This document shows, one piece after another, positions 23,566-34,196 of a DNA stretch of 64,000 bases. A program made the position numbers and the translations under genes. The notes below the pieces were generated by a model that was given only the letters and a program-made list of their open reading frames with translations, was not told the DNA's origin and did no database searches. The DNA comes from an uncultured Planctomycetota bacterium (GTDB taxonomy: Bacteria > Planctomycetota > Planctomycetia > Isosphaerales > Isosphaeraceae): assembly GCA_963823665.1 (NCBI GenBank), contig CAWGMQ010000012.1, positions 1-64,000 on the forward strand, read 5' to 3'. Each line of letters opens with the position of its first letter. The first letter of the stretch is position 1.

Positions 23566-24612
23566 CTAGCCATTCGCCTTCGATCCGCCCTGATCGGCCT
23601 GATCGATCCGCTGGAACGTTCTGCGGTTTTCGATGCCGTAAGGCGAGAACCATTGTCCGCCGCGAAATTCCCAGTCGGGCATCTTGGATACACCGTCCTC
23701 GATGATCCAGACGACATAGTTCTGGAAGTCGTTGTTGTTCTGGATGAGCTGCGCAGGCAGGCAATACGCCTTCTCGCCCATGCCCGGGTCGATTTCGGCC
23801 CAGCCGGAGCCGGGAAGGTAGATCTCGGCCCAAGTGTGCTGGTTTTCGAAGTCGGGGCGGGTCTTGTGCAGCGTTCCGATGCCGCTCGGCACGTTCAGGT
23901 TCAACCCCAGCACGGTTTCGAACGGGGATCCGAGCGGCGGTGCACATGGCTTCAAACAGTGCCACCTGATGGCCGCAATGGCCTCGCCTATTCTTCAAAG
24001 TCGCGGCGAGATCATCCGGACTGAACGGGACCGAGGCGTCGTAGCGGATGTGTCCGACAATCCACTCGCAAAACTCCAGCGCCGTCTGGGCCGGGGCGTG
24101 ATCTTTCTTGAGCTCGCCAACGAGGACGGCAAGCTCAATCGTGGGTGGCGCGGGATGCGTGTACCGCGATCGTAGTTGATGGCGTAGTCCGACCACTTTG
24201 CCGTTGACTTCGCAGGGTCAAACCGGCGGTCCGCCGACCGCACGCGGAACCGGCTCACAAACTCAAACTTCCGGCCCGCGGCGAGCTCCCCGCGGTATTC
24301 CCACAATACATGTTGCGACCCCTTGTCGAGGTGTTCGAGCCGCCCGTCGTTGGGTTGGAAGCCGACTTCCGAGGCACCCAATGTTCTTTGCAAACCGTCC
24401 CAGGGTCGCGCATTGGGCAGCGCATGCCAGACCGCGAGGCGAGTCAGTGCTTTCCCGTTGGCGGGAACCGTGAATTTCGTCGTGATCGCAACGTCGTAAA
24501 TTGTGGGGTTCGAGACGATGAGCTCCGGCGGCAAGCGCTGGCCGCGAACGTCGGCACCAAGCGCGACGACCGCGATCAAGGCGGCGGCGGCACGAAAATG
24601 CTTGAGATCCAT
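23566..24612 (-). CDS. Secreted transglutaminase-like domain protein (frameshifted)
   Basis: Signal peptide; 'RGHCGHQ' and 'HTWAEIYLPGSGWAEIDP' provide a Cys-His-Asp triad. Confidence 0.82.
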
Positions 24613-24834
24613 GGAAAGAGTCGCTCCATCGACGCCTACGGTGAGATCGCTCAGCTCGAGGAAGTGATCGTATTCGCGAATCGACGGGTCAACTCATCGT
24701 CGGACTGACATTCCGCTCGACTCCGATCGGGACCATCTGCGCGCGGGGTGCGGTCCCGGCTAACACGGCGGACGTTACACCCAAGTCAGATTGGAACCAC
24801 ATGACGAGACGACTGAAGCGCGGCGAACACAAGG

Positions 24835-24862
24835 GTAGGACGGATTGGGCAATCCGTCCTAC
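24835..24862. repeat. Perfect 13-bp-arm palindrome starting GTAG (REP-like; may also act as terminator)
   Basis: GTAGGACGGATTG-GG-CAATCCGTCCTAC, just downstream of the SPFH gene. Confidence 0.75.
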
Positions 24863-24894
24863 GCGATGTGGCAGCGTCAATCTACTCGCGTCAG

Positions 24895-27214
24895 CTAGGC
24901 GGTTTTACTGGCGTCGAGCGTCTCGGCAAGCTCTGGTGCGGCGGCGACTTTCGCGGTCACCGATTGCGGTGCCGCACCGTTCGATTTGGCCAAGGATGCG
25001 ACGAACGACGGATTGCTCCCCACAGTTTGTTGAAGACCGTCCATCACCTGGCGCGTAACCTGCTCGGTGAATGCCCTCAGGTCCGATCCCGCCGGTTGTT
25101 CGACGAGCTGGAATCCCGATTTTTCCGCGACCAAGAGGCTCACGAGCATGCCGAGAAGTCCGCTGCCTGCGCTTGCGCCTAAGCCCGATTGCCCGTCGCC
25201 ATTGGTCCCGCCGCCCGCGCCACCCGCGATGAATACCCGTTCGGGGACGAGGGGCTGGGTGCATTTCGCCAGATTTTGTGCGACGACCGACAGGGCGTAG
25301 AGCCGCGGGTCGGAGAAGGAGTTGATCTTCTGAAGCAGGACCGAGGCCTCGGAAAGACCTTCTTGCAGAATACGAGCGCCCTTCGCCGCGACCGGCCAGG
25401 ATTCGCTCCTGGCTTTGCGCCTGGGCGGTGACGACCACCTGCTCGGCCTGTTTGCGAGCGCGAGCCAGTTGGGCCTCGGCCTCGTTTTCGGCAATGCGCA
25501 CTTGAACCAGCGAGTTGGACAACTCGGTCTGCATCTGCGCCTGGGCTTGGGCCTCGTTGAGGACGCGCAGGTTCTGCGCCGCGATGACTTGCTTCGAGTA
25601 GGTTTCGACTTGCTCGAGTGACAGTTGACGCAACCGCAATTGCTCGAGCAACGTCTCGATCTTGCCGCCGGCCTGCTGCGTGTCGGGCTTGCCAATCAGC
25701 ACGTTGACGCACTCGATGTCGAAGTTGTGGAACTTCCGCCCGAGTTCGGCGCTGGCCTCGCCCTGGATCGAGTCGCGATCCTGGAGCAGTTCGAGCATGG
25801 TCCGCTTGTGCGCGATATCGCGGAAATATGCGCTCAAGAGCGGGTCGAGCGTCTGGGTGATCAGCTTCTTGACGTCGCCGAACCGCTGGATGACGCTCGG
25901 GGCCTTCTGGTAGTCGATGTGGACAACCACCGAAAGCGGCAACGCCGGCTCGTACGCATCCTTGGTCACCAGGTCGATCGAGCGCAGGCTTTCATCGTAG
26001 CGGTGGGCCTCGGTGCGGCCCGTGACCCAGTGCAATACGAAGTTGGTCGTCGGCACCAGGACAATATTTCCGGCATAGGTGTTGAAGGCGTACTTGCCCG
26101 GTCCGAGCGGTTTTTCCTGAACGCCGCGCTCGCCTTCGGCAACCCGTTCGCCGTGTCGGAACGCCTCGCCCGAGAGGTCGTGGCCGCTGCGCCCGTAGTA
26201 ACTCACGATCACGCCCACGTAGCCGATCGGAACGATCGTCTTGGGAATCGTCTCGATCGTGGCAAACCAGCGGTTGATGAAGTAAGTGCCGTCGGTGAGC
26301 GGAACGTACTGCTTTCCCCGGCGTCCACCTGCGCGGAGGAATGCCTCGGTGTCCTGGAAGTTGTTGTGGAAATCCTTGTCGTTGCGGTCGACGCCCACGC
26401 CTGGGGCGATGATTTCGCCCGGCGGCAGACTCGGTCCGTCGTGAACCGTTACGATTCCGATGCTGTCGACGATCAGGTTCTTATCAGGGTTGAGCGGGTC
26501 GGGTGCTTCGACCTGTCCGCCGATGATCACGGGGTCGAAGCCGTCGATCTCGTTCAGCTCGTTCTGCCAGTTTACAAGCGCTTTGAGTTCCTTGGAGCCC
26601 ACAGCCTCGAGGCGATAGACCGACTCCTCGGTCATGACCGTGAAAAGCGCCAGGTTGATCGCGTAAACGCCTTCCCGCAAGAACGCCCGCTGGCGGCCTC
26701 GCTGGCCGGGCGCGGGGTCTTGTTCGGGACTGGTCTCCGCGCCCGACAGAAAGCGGTGCGCATCCTGAAAGTTGTTGCAATCAATCACGTGGCCCAAGGT
26801 CTGGCTCGGCCGCAGCGCCTCGCCGTCGCGGGCGTACACGTAGCCGATTTTTCCTTGCGAGATTGCGACCAGGGGAGTTTTGTGGATACGGTACTGCCAG
26901 CGCCAAAGCCCAAAGTGCACGCCGCCACGCAGCACCTCGGCCTGGAAGCCGGCCTCGCCTTCGAGAGCGATGATCCCTCCCTCGGGCACCGAACCCTTGA
27001 GCGACCAGAGCTTTTCGACAATGCCTACTCGATTGTTAGCGATGTATCGCAATCCGGCCAGCTCGCAAGCGACGACGGCCGCAGCGACAATACCCAGAAG
27101 CGTGAACACACCGGCCGGCAACCACGACGGGGACGCAGCGAAGAGGGCCGGCACGCCCGGTGCAACCGACGCCCCCAATACAAATACCGCGTACTCTCCC
27201 AGTGGCGACCCCAC
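24895..27214 (-). CDS. SPFH/band 7/flotillin domain protein (frameshift near 25380)
   Basis: N-terminal TM segment, repeated 'GRGRQ/GKQ...L..G.Y' modules, 'LVTKDAYEP.LPLSVVVHID' and a coiled-coil tail. Confidence 0.85.
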
Positions 27215-27385
27215 GGCTCGACTCCTTCATGCAAGAACGAACGGCAACAGGCTGCTCGCTGGACGCCCACGACGAGCCTCAGCCTCTCTGAAGCATAGCC
27301 GATTCTTCAGTCTCAAAAGGGGAATCGTTCGGTCCCCCCGAGTTGGGGGTTATTCGTCAGGCGGGTGGAATATTGGAGGAATTCC

Positions 27386-27979
27386 ATGAGCTTCGAAGTG
27401 GAACTGAAGTACCGGCTGGCCGATTGCGACCTGCTCCTGCAAAGGCTGGCCGAACGCGGTGCCGTAGCGGGGGTTCCGATGCTTGTCGAGGATGTCTACC
27501 TCAATCATCCCGCTCGCGATTTTGCCCAAACCCATGAAGCGCTACGCATCCGACGCATTGGAAGCGAAAATCGGATCACGTACAAGGGACCGCGGCTCTC
27601 CGGGCCAACCAAGACGCGCGAGGAAATCGAGCTTCCATTTGCATCCGGCGAGGCGGCGTTCGAACAGTTGAGCCGGTTGCTGGAAAACCTCGGGTTTCGT
27701 CCGATCGCGACGGTCCAGAAGAACCGCACCCTCTTCCAACTGACCGAATCCGGACAGCGGCTGGAGATCGCCGTCGATCGCGCGGAGGGCCTGGGTGTCT
27801 TTGCCGAGATCGAAGCTCAGGCTGAAACCGCGGCTCTGCTCCCGGCAGCCCAGGCGGCCGTGCTGAGTCTCGCCAATCAACTCGGTTTAACCGAAGTCGA
27901 GCCGAGAACATACCTTCGGATGGTACTCGAAAGGCAGGGCCAACAGGAGCTCAGCCAGCAAACAACCGGGAACACGTAG
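27386..27979 (+). CDS. cyaB: CYTH domain protein (class IV adenylate cyclase/triphosphatase)
   Basis: 'FEVELKY' (ExExK), 'EALRIRR', 'TYKGP', 'KTREEIE'; GGAGG RBS. Confidence 0.85.
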   Translation: MSFEVELKYRLADCDLLLQRLAERGAVAGVPMLVEDVYLNHPARDFAQTHEALRIRRIGSENRITYKGPRLSGPTKTREEIELPFASGEAAFEQLSRLLENLGFRPIATVQKNRTLFQLTESGQRLEIAVDRAEGLGVFAEIEAQAETAALLPAAQAAVLSLANQLGLTEVEPRTYLRMVLERQGQQELSQQTTGNT

Positions 27980-28031
27980 CGGCGGTCGAGAGCCGCGCTC
28001 GATTCCTCGCCCGGCGGTAGCGGGGGTTATT

Positions 28032-28099
28032 GTAGGGTGGGTGCAACCCACCAGCCTCGCACCGCTTGCGGTAGGTTGCTCCCAACTTGCCAAATGGCT
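28032..28099. repeat. Empty REP-like doublet, same family as the IS4 target
   Basis: GTAGGGTGGGTGCAACCCACC...TGCGGTAGGTTGCTCCCAAC...CAAATGGCT; both arms and the CAAATGGCT tail match the reconstructed 3648-6672 site. Confidence 0.85.
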
Positions 28100-28392
28100 T
28101 ACCAGCGCCTGCGTGTGGAATCGCACGAGCAGGCTTGGCCGATTTGCCTAGTCAGCCCGTAGCGAATGTGGTAAGAACAGCGGCCCTCCCAGGAAACGGG
28201 AGGCGTAAACCCACTTCTTTTTTCGACAGCGGGCTCAGCCCGAATCAACTAAAACCCGAAAAGCGGCAAATCCAATCGGGCGGGCACGCCATCAACGACT
28301 CGTGCCCAGATACGTTCTGTATTGCAAGGTGAGAGCGAATTCGTGCAGCTCCGTCGGAAGAACCGTGCCCGTTAAGTTAGGAGTTCCGCGCG

Positions 28393-29247
28393 ATGGACCG
28401 CCGCCGGTTTATTCCATCCTCCGAAAAACTCGAAGGGCGCGCGCTCCAAGCGGCTGCCCTCAACCCCTTCAATGCGTTCGGCGTCCAGTTGACCACCAAC
28501 TTGAACATCCCGATCTCTTACCAGCAAAAAGCACTCAGGATCGAGCGACTCCCTTATTATCTGGAAAAGATCCGACCCGGCCGTTTCATACCCAAGCCCG
28601 AGATCCAGGAAATCAAGGATGCCTTGTTTTACATGATGGACGCAACCCGCCGACCGCCGCCGGCGGCTCTCAATCGTTTCAATTCCGAGCTTCGTCCCAT
28701 CATCTCCAAGCAATCGCTATCTGCTTCAAATATTCATAGTCTCAATTTTTCATTTGGCAAGGTCTTGCAAGCCGCTCAGACGCCTTACGCGTCGATCCAG
28801 CTTTTGAGCGCGGCATTGTTTCAAATGGTGTCGCAGGTTGACACGGCCAGCCCGCAACCGGCGTATCTGGGGACTAACGACTACACGCTCGTGCTTCAGA
28901 CTGCGCTCGCGATCGGCCGGCCGATGCCCAGCCCGCCGCTACCCAAGATCGCCAGGAACCACGGGCTCCAGGTAGACTCTCAGCACATCAAGACACCGCT
29001 CCACCACCCGACCCTGGTGGGAACGTACCATTTCCACACGTACATCCAGATCGTCTCGCCAGCCGGGATCGTGTTCGGCACAACCAATGTCCTCAGGAAC
29101 AACAATTATAAGTTGACCGTCTCGACGCCGCTCCCGGTCGGCACTTACCAGTTCCGACTGCGGGCAGTCGATGACGTCGGTCACATCAGCCGGCTCAGCA
29201 AGGCGTTTTTGATCAAGATCGTGCCGTTCCGCAATCATAAGAAGTAG
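28393..29247 (+). CDS. Hypothetical protein with planctomycete extracellular-type N-terminal motif and C-terminal Ig-like domain
   Basis: 'RRRFIPSSEKLEGRAL'; beta-rich tail 'TPLPVGTYQFRLRAVD'. Confidence 0.72.
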   Translation: MDRRRFIPSSEKLEGRALQAAALNPFNAFGVQLTTNLNIPISYQQKALRIERLPYYLEKIRPGRFIPKPEIQEIKDALFYMMDATRRPPPAALNRFNSELRPIISKQSLSASNIHSLNFSFGKVLQAAQTPYASIQLLSAALFQMVSQVDTASPQPAYLGTNDYTLVLQTALAIGRPMPSPPLPKIARNHGLQVDSQHIKTPLHHPTLVGTYHFHTYIQIVSPAGIVFGTTNVLRNNNYKLTVSTPLPVGTYQFRLRAVDDVGHISRLSKAFLIKIVPFRNHKK

Positions 29248-29363
29248 GCGACTCGCGGGAAACCGCGGGATCGCCTCGGGCGCCGAGCTTCGGATTGCGG
29301 CTTCGCCTTGATGTTGCCGCGCGTCGATCTCATAATAAGAGCCACTAACATAATGAAAGCGGC

Positions 29364-29423
29364 GGGAAGGCGAGGCGCCGTCCGAGCTATGCAAACAAGC
29401 GGCTCGGTTGGAAGTTCGCCCTC
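29364..29423. repeat. Degenerate inverted repeat pair (another REP-like family; related single arm at 34151-34176)
   Basis: GGGAAGGCGAGGCGCCGTCCGAGC...GGCTCGGTTGGAAGTTCGCCCTC versus CGGCTCACATGGAGGTTCGCTCTCCC. Confidence 0.55.
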
Positions 29424-29461
29424 GGTTTCGGTCAAGAGGATATAGCGTCGAGCTAAGAGCC

Positions 29462-29605
29462 ATGAAAACCAAAACCCGGCATCGAAAAAGCTACAAATGG
29501 CGGAAGAAGTGCGATAGCTCGCCGGTTGCGAAGGGCCGCCGGCGCAAGATCCACGGCTTGCGCAATCCGAGAAAAGCCAAGCGCGCCGGAGGCGCCGGCC
29601 TCTGA
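29462..29605 (+). CDS. Small, highly basic 47-aa protein of unknown function
   Basis: MKTKTRHRKSYKWRKKCDSSPVAKGRRRKIHGLRNPRKAKRAGGAGL; 19 K/R and 1 acidic residue; fills an intergenic gap. Confidence 0.6.
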   Translation: MKTKTRHRKSYKWRKKCDSSPVAKGRRRKIHGLRNPRKAKRAGGAGL

Positions 29606-29735
29606 CGGGAATTGCCCGAGTGCGCACCCGCTAAGTGACGCCCCAGAATCCTCTTCGTGGAATCGCCCGCTTTCCAGCAACAAAGTCGCCGCTGGCGTTG
29701 TAAGCCGACTTTCGAGACTGATCGGCACCTTAATT

Positions 29736-30965
29736 TCACATGCCGCCGAGAATGTGGGCGCGGCCGACGCGAGAGATCGCTTTCATGAATGCCGCAGTGC
29801 GCAGGCTGACTCCCTTTCGCTCGGCCAGCTCGTACATTTCATGAAACGCCTCGACCAGCCGGTGCTCCTCCTCGCGCTGGATCTGTTCGATCGGCCAGCG
29901 GAAATGCTGAAGGTTCTGGACCCACTCGAAGTAGCTGACGATGACGCCGCCGGCATTGGCGAGTACGTCCGGCACCACCGGGATGCCTCGCGAATTGAAG
30001 ATCTCGTCGGCTTCCGGACGTGTGGGGCCATTGGCAGCCTCGACGATCACCTGGGCCGCAACGGCCTTGGCCATATCACGATCGAAAACGCCGCCCAGAG
30101 CGGCGGGGATCAGGACATCGACGGGCAAGGTCAGAAGCTGCTCGTTCGTGGCGGCGTCGCCCCCCTTGAATCCGACGATCTTGTGAGACGACGCGACGTG
30201 CCGGTCGAGCTCGGCGATATCAAGGCCCTCGCGATTGACCGCGGCGCCAAAAGCGTCGCTCACCCCGATGATCTTGCCGCCCATCTGCGACAAGCAGCGG
30301 GCGGTGTGGCTCCCCACATTGCCGTAACCCTGAATGGCGAAAGTCGTACCGGCAACTGGCCGCTTGAGACGCGCCAGAACTTCGCGGGTGATGATCGCCA
30401 CGCCGAAGCCGGTGGCCGCCTCGCGGCCGGCCGAGCCGTGAAACTCGACCGGCTTGCCCGTGACACAGGCCGGGTGGAACCCCTCGTATTTCGAGTATTC
30501 GTTCATGATCCAGGCCATCACCTGCGCATCGGTCCCCATATCGGGCGCGGGGATGTCTTTGTATGGCCCGATCATATCGTGAATCTTCTCGATAAACTTG
30601 CGGGTCAGACGCTCTAACTCGGGCTTGGACAGCTTGTTAGGATTGCAGTTGATGCCGCCCTTGGAGCCGCCGTAGGGAAGATCGACAATCGCCGTTTTCC
30701 AGGTCATCAGGCTCGCCAGCGATCGCGCTTCGTCGTCGTTGACTTGAGGGTGGTATCGCAACCCACCCTTGTAGGGCCCTCGGGCATTGTCGTGTTGAAC
30801 CCGGTAGCCGATGAAGTTGCCGATTTCGCCCGAATCGAGCTCGATGGCGACCTCGACTCGGACCTCGCGATCAGGCGTGATGAGCAGGGTGCGGACATTT
30901 TCGCTCAGATTCAGGCATTTCGCCGCTTGATCGAAATAGTGGTTCGTGGCCTCGGAGGCTTGCAT
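29736..30965 (-). CDS. gdhA: Glu/Leu/Phe/Val dehydrogenase (glutamate dehydrogenase)
   Basis: 'RGPYKGGLRYHP', 'LPYGGSKGG', 'DIPAPDMGT', 'QGYGNVG', 'NAGGVIVSYFEWVQN'. Confidence 0.93.
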   Translation of the reverse strand: MQASEATNHYFDQAAKCLNLSENVRTLLITPDREVRVEVAIELDSGEIGNFIGYRVQHDNARGPYKGGLRYHPQVNDDEARSLASLMTWKTAIVDLPYGGSKGGINCNPNKLSKPELERLTRKFIEKIHDMIGPYKDIPAPDMGTDAQVMAWIMNEYSKYEGFHPACVTGKPVEFHGSAGREAATGFGVAIITREVLARLKRPVAGTTFAIQGYGNVGSHTARCLSQMGGKIIGVSDAFGAAVNREGLDIAELDRHVASSHKIVGFKGGDAATNEQLLTLPVDVLIPAALGGVFDRDMAKAVAAQVIVEAANGPTRPEADEIFNSRGIPVVPDVLANAGGVIVSYFEWVQNLQHFRWPIEQIQREEEHRLVEAFHEMYELAERKGVSLRTAAFMKAISRVGRAHILGGM

Positions 30966-31218
30966 CAGATCGCCAGTCCCGTGTTAACTGGAAACGTTGA
31001 CGATGGGAGGGAAGGTTTCATAACGCCCCGATCGTAACGGACCACCGGCGCGGCCCGCAATGGGAGTAACTTGGCGGCGAGCGGCTGGCGCTATTGCGCC
31101 GCCTGAGCCGATTTCGACCGACGTGATGATTCCGGTCTCGCGTGCGTCGATCGAGAGCGGGAGAGCCTGGCGAAATAGAACCGGCGCTTAAGACCCTTGG
31201 TGCGGGAGTGACCACAAG

Positions 31219-31995
31219 ATGCGACCGTGGCGGCTCGAGGAGTTGAACTACGGCACTGTCAAATCGTCTGCCCCTTACGATGTCGCCGTGTTACCGCTGG
31301 GCGCGACCGAGCCGCACAATCTTCACCTGCCTTATGGCACCGACACATTTCAAGTCGGTGTGATCGCCGACCGGGCGTGCGCCCTGGCACAAGAGCAGGG
31401 TGCGCGGGTGCTCCTCCTGCCGGCGATTCCCTACGGCACGGAAACCAATCAGATGCAGTTTCCGCTGGTGATGAATCTCAACCCATCGACTCTGGCGCGA
31501 GTGATCACCGATCTGGTCAACTCGCTGGCGGCCCACGGAATTCTCCGCTGCGTGCTTCTGAACGGCCACGGCGGCAATGACCTCAAATGGGTGTTGCGCG
31601 AGCTTCATCGCGCGACGCCGGTGCGGCTGTTTTTATGCAACTGGTACAAGGTTGCCAGCGACCTTTACGCCACGATCTTCCAGGAAAAAGACGATCACGC
31701 CGGCGAGATGGAAACCAGCATGGGATTGGCCCACTTCCCGGGTCTGGTGATGCTGGCATCCGCCGACGCCGGGGCGATCAAGCCGAGCCGCTTCGAGGCA
31801 GTCAATCGAGGCTGGGTCGAGATCACCAGGCCCTGGCACCTGCTGACGACCAATTCGGGCGCCGGCGACCCGCGGGCTGCCACCGCCGCCAAAGGCGAGA
31901 AACTCACGGCCCTGGTCGCAGCGCGAATCGGCGGCTTCTTGAAGGAGCTGGCCCAAAGCCCACTCGACGACGAATTTCCATTCAAACAAACGTAA
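31219..31995 (+). CDS. Creatininase family protein
   Basis: 'LPLGATEPHNLHLPYGTD', 'LNGHGGN', 'HAGEMETS'. Confidence 0.92.
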   Translation: MRPWRLEELNYGTVKSSAPYDVAVLPLGATEPHNLHLPYGTDTFQVGVIADRACALAQEQGARVLLLPAIPYGTETNQMQFPLVMNLNPSTLARVITDLVNSLAAHGILRCVLLNGHGGNDLKWVLRELHRATPVRLFLCNWYKVASDLYATIFQEKDDHAGEMETSMGLAHFPGLVMLASADAGAIKPSRFEAVNRGWVEITRPWHLLTTNSGAGDPRAATAAKGEKLTALVAARIGGFLKELAQSPLDDEFPFKQT

Positions 31996-31999
31996 CACA

Positions 32000-33029
32000 A
32001 TGTTTAATGCATATAATTGTATAGGACGTGTTGATTGTCGGACCGTCCGCGCTGCGTGTTTGGTGGCGACGGCAAGCCTGTGGCTTTCGCTTGCGGGGGG
32101 TTGCGTACCGCGCGAGACCGCTTCCGAGCCAGACGGTGCGACGGCTTCCCAGCATGCGGCCCACCTCCGCAAGAATCGAGCGCCAAGGGGGGTCGTCGCA
32201 AACGACTACAAGCTCAAGGGGGTGGTCACGAAGGTCGAACCAGAAAATTTGCATGTGAGAATACGTCACGAAGCCATTCCCAACTTCATGGACGCGATGC
32301 CGATGAGGTTTTCGCTCAAGGATCGCGAATTGCTCGCGGAATTGCACCGGGCGACGAAGTCGAGGGAACCTTGCACGTCGAGATGCTTGACGGCGCGGTC
32401 AACGATTACGAGCTGCGCGGCGTGGTCGTCACCAAGCCCGCGCCGAAGGAGACGATGGTCCTGCGCCTCTCTCAGGGAAAGGCCGAGCTAGTGCCGGCTC
32501 CCAAGCAGCTTCAGGTGGGCGAAGCGGTTCCGGATTTTGCGATGACGATGCAGGATGGCAAGGTGGTCAGATTGTCCCAGCTCCGGGGCAAGGTCGTCGT
32601 GCTGACGTTTGTCTACACCCGATGTCCGCTCCCAGACTTCTGTCCACTAATGGATAAAAAGTTCGGGGCGCTCGCCCAGAGCATCGCCGCTTTCCCCCAA
32701 CGCGCCCAGCACATCCGGCTGATCTCCCTCTCATTTGACCCGGAGCATGACACTCCCGAAGTTTTGCGCAAGCATGCGCTCATTCGCGGGGCGATGCCAC
32801 CGCTCTGGTCGTATGCCGTCGCCAATCATGAAGAACTTGCAAAGGTTGCTCCCGGTCTCGGTCTCGTCTATGGCGCGGTCGGGGCGAGGTCATTCATAAC
32901 CTCTCTACGGCCGTAATTGATGCCGACGGCAAGCTGGCTCGCGTTGAAATTGGGACCGAACACAACCGATGGGAAACTGCTGATCTCCTCAAAACAGTTT
33001 ATTCACTTATTCCGACTTCAGGTAGATGA
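32000..33029 (+). CDS. SCO family protein with N-terminal CusF-like copper-binding domain (frameshifted)
   Basis: 'IRHEAIPNFMDAMPMRF' (CusF-like), 'FVYTRCPLPDFCP' (SCO) and 'LSFDPEHDTPE'. Confidence 0.85.
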
Positions 33030-33206
33030 TTGTGAAACGGTGCTTTTCCTATATGTCGTCTGCGTAGAGGTTTATGGTTAATTCTGGGTTCCCCTTGATG
33101 TCGCAGGTTGTGTCGAATGAGCCGCGCGCTAGGGTGTAAGTTTTGGCATCGGCTTTCTCGAACAAATGTGACGGATCAAAGCAATATAAAAGATTGCAGA
33201 TTACGG

Positions 33207-33234
33207 TTGACAGTTGTTAGAATAACCTTAAGAT
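33207..33234 (+). promoter_or_regulatory. Putative sigma70 promoter
   Basis: TTGACA-N16-TAAGAT in an AT-rich intergenic stretch about 355 nt upstream of the ArsR gene. Confidence 0.55.
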
Positions 33235-33589
33235 GTCCTCAAGCACCCACGTTGAGATACGTTGGCGCAAGATCGTGATCGAGGCGTTTTGATTGTCGCC
33301 GGCTCATGCGTCAATTGATCGACGTGGCCGCAGGGCGTCGGGCAACCTCGGCTAAGAGCGTCAACACGAAGGCTCTGGGCTGGTTGGTTGATCGCACGCC
33401 CGGCCGGTTTCAGGTCGGCATCTTAGTTTGCAACCGCCAAGTCGTGTGCCGGATGCGGTTTGTCTGAGGGCGACGTAGGTCCCCAGTTCGACTGCATTCG
33501 ATGCCGTTAGCCCCGGAGATGGAGACGGGGTGCCGATGATTTCCCGCGCGCAGCAACACCGAACCAATTCAGGTCAGGAGGCTAGAGCT

Positions 33590-33952
33590 ATGCCACCGTC
33601 AGTCAAGACCAGTGTCAAAACCGCTCCCGCATCGAAAGCCGCCGTCGCTCGTCCTAAGACTCAGAAGGCAGCCGAGCAGAGGTATCACCAGGCACGCCGC
33701 GCTTCGATCCTGCTCAAGCACGTCAGCGACCCGACCCGCCTTCAGGTGATCATGATCCTGTCGCAGGGAGAGCGGCATGTCGGCGCCCTCTGCTCCCAGC
33801 TTAGCCAAAGCCAGCCCGCCGTGAGCCATCACCTCGCCCTCCTGCGTCATGGCGGCATCATCGCCCCGCGCCGCCAAGGCAAGAACAATTTCTATAGCCT
33901 CACCGACACCGGCTCCGACCTCGCCCGCGTCGTCAAGAATCTGATCGCTTGA
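33590..33952 (+). CDS. ArsR/SmtB family transcriptional regulator
   Basis: 'SDPTRLQVI', 'SQPAVSHHLALLR', 'RRQGKNNFYSL'; AGGAGG RBS. Confidence 0.92.
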   Translation: MPPSVKTSVKTAPASKAAVARPKTQKAAEQRYHQARRASILLKHVSDPTRLQVIMILSQGERHVGALCSQLSQSQPAVSHHLALLRHGGIIAPRRQGKNNFYSLTDTGSDLARVVKNLIA

Positions 33953-34196
33953 TCGCATCGCTGGCCATCCGTCGCTCGCAATTGGTCGCGACCTCCGCGA
34001 TTCATGCATACAACCAACCAGCAAATCAGCGGCGACATAGTGCCCTGTCTATCTTGAATTGAGAAGTTGGAGTCCCGACTTTAGCCGGTCCGGATTGCCT
34101 AGAGGCGGTACTCCAACTGATCAATCAACGGTCAATACGCACCAAACGGGCGGCTCACATGGAGGTTCGCTCTCCCGTTCCGTCAACTTACAGCCG

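Noticed and set aside
25625..27298. Long antisense ORFs (also 5136..6632, 53876..55477, 40314..41492)
   Set aside because: GC-rich shadow frames opposite well-supported genes, with no recognisable motifs.
33480..33500. GTTCGA as a tRNA T-loop
   Set aside because: No acceptor stem, D-arm or anticodon arm geometry around it.
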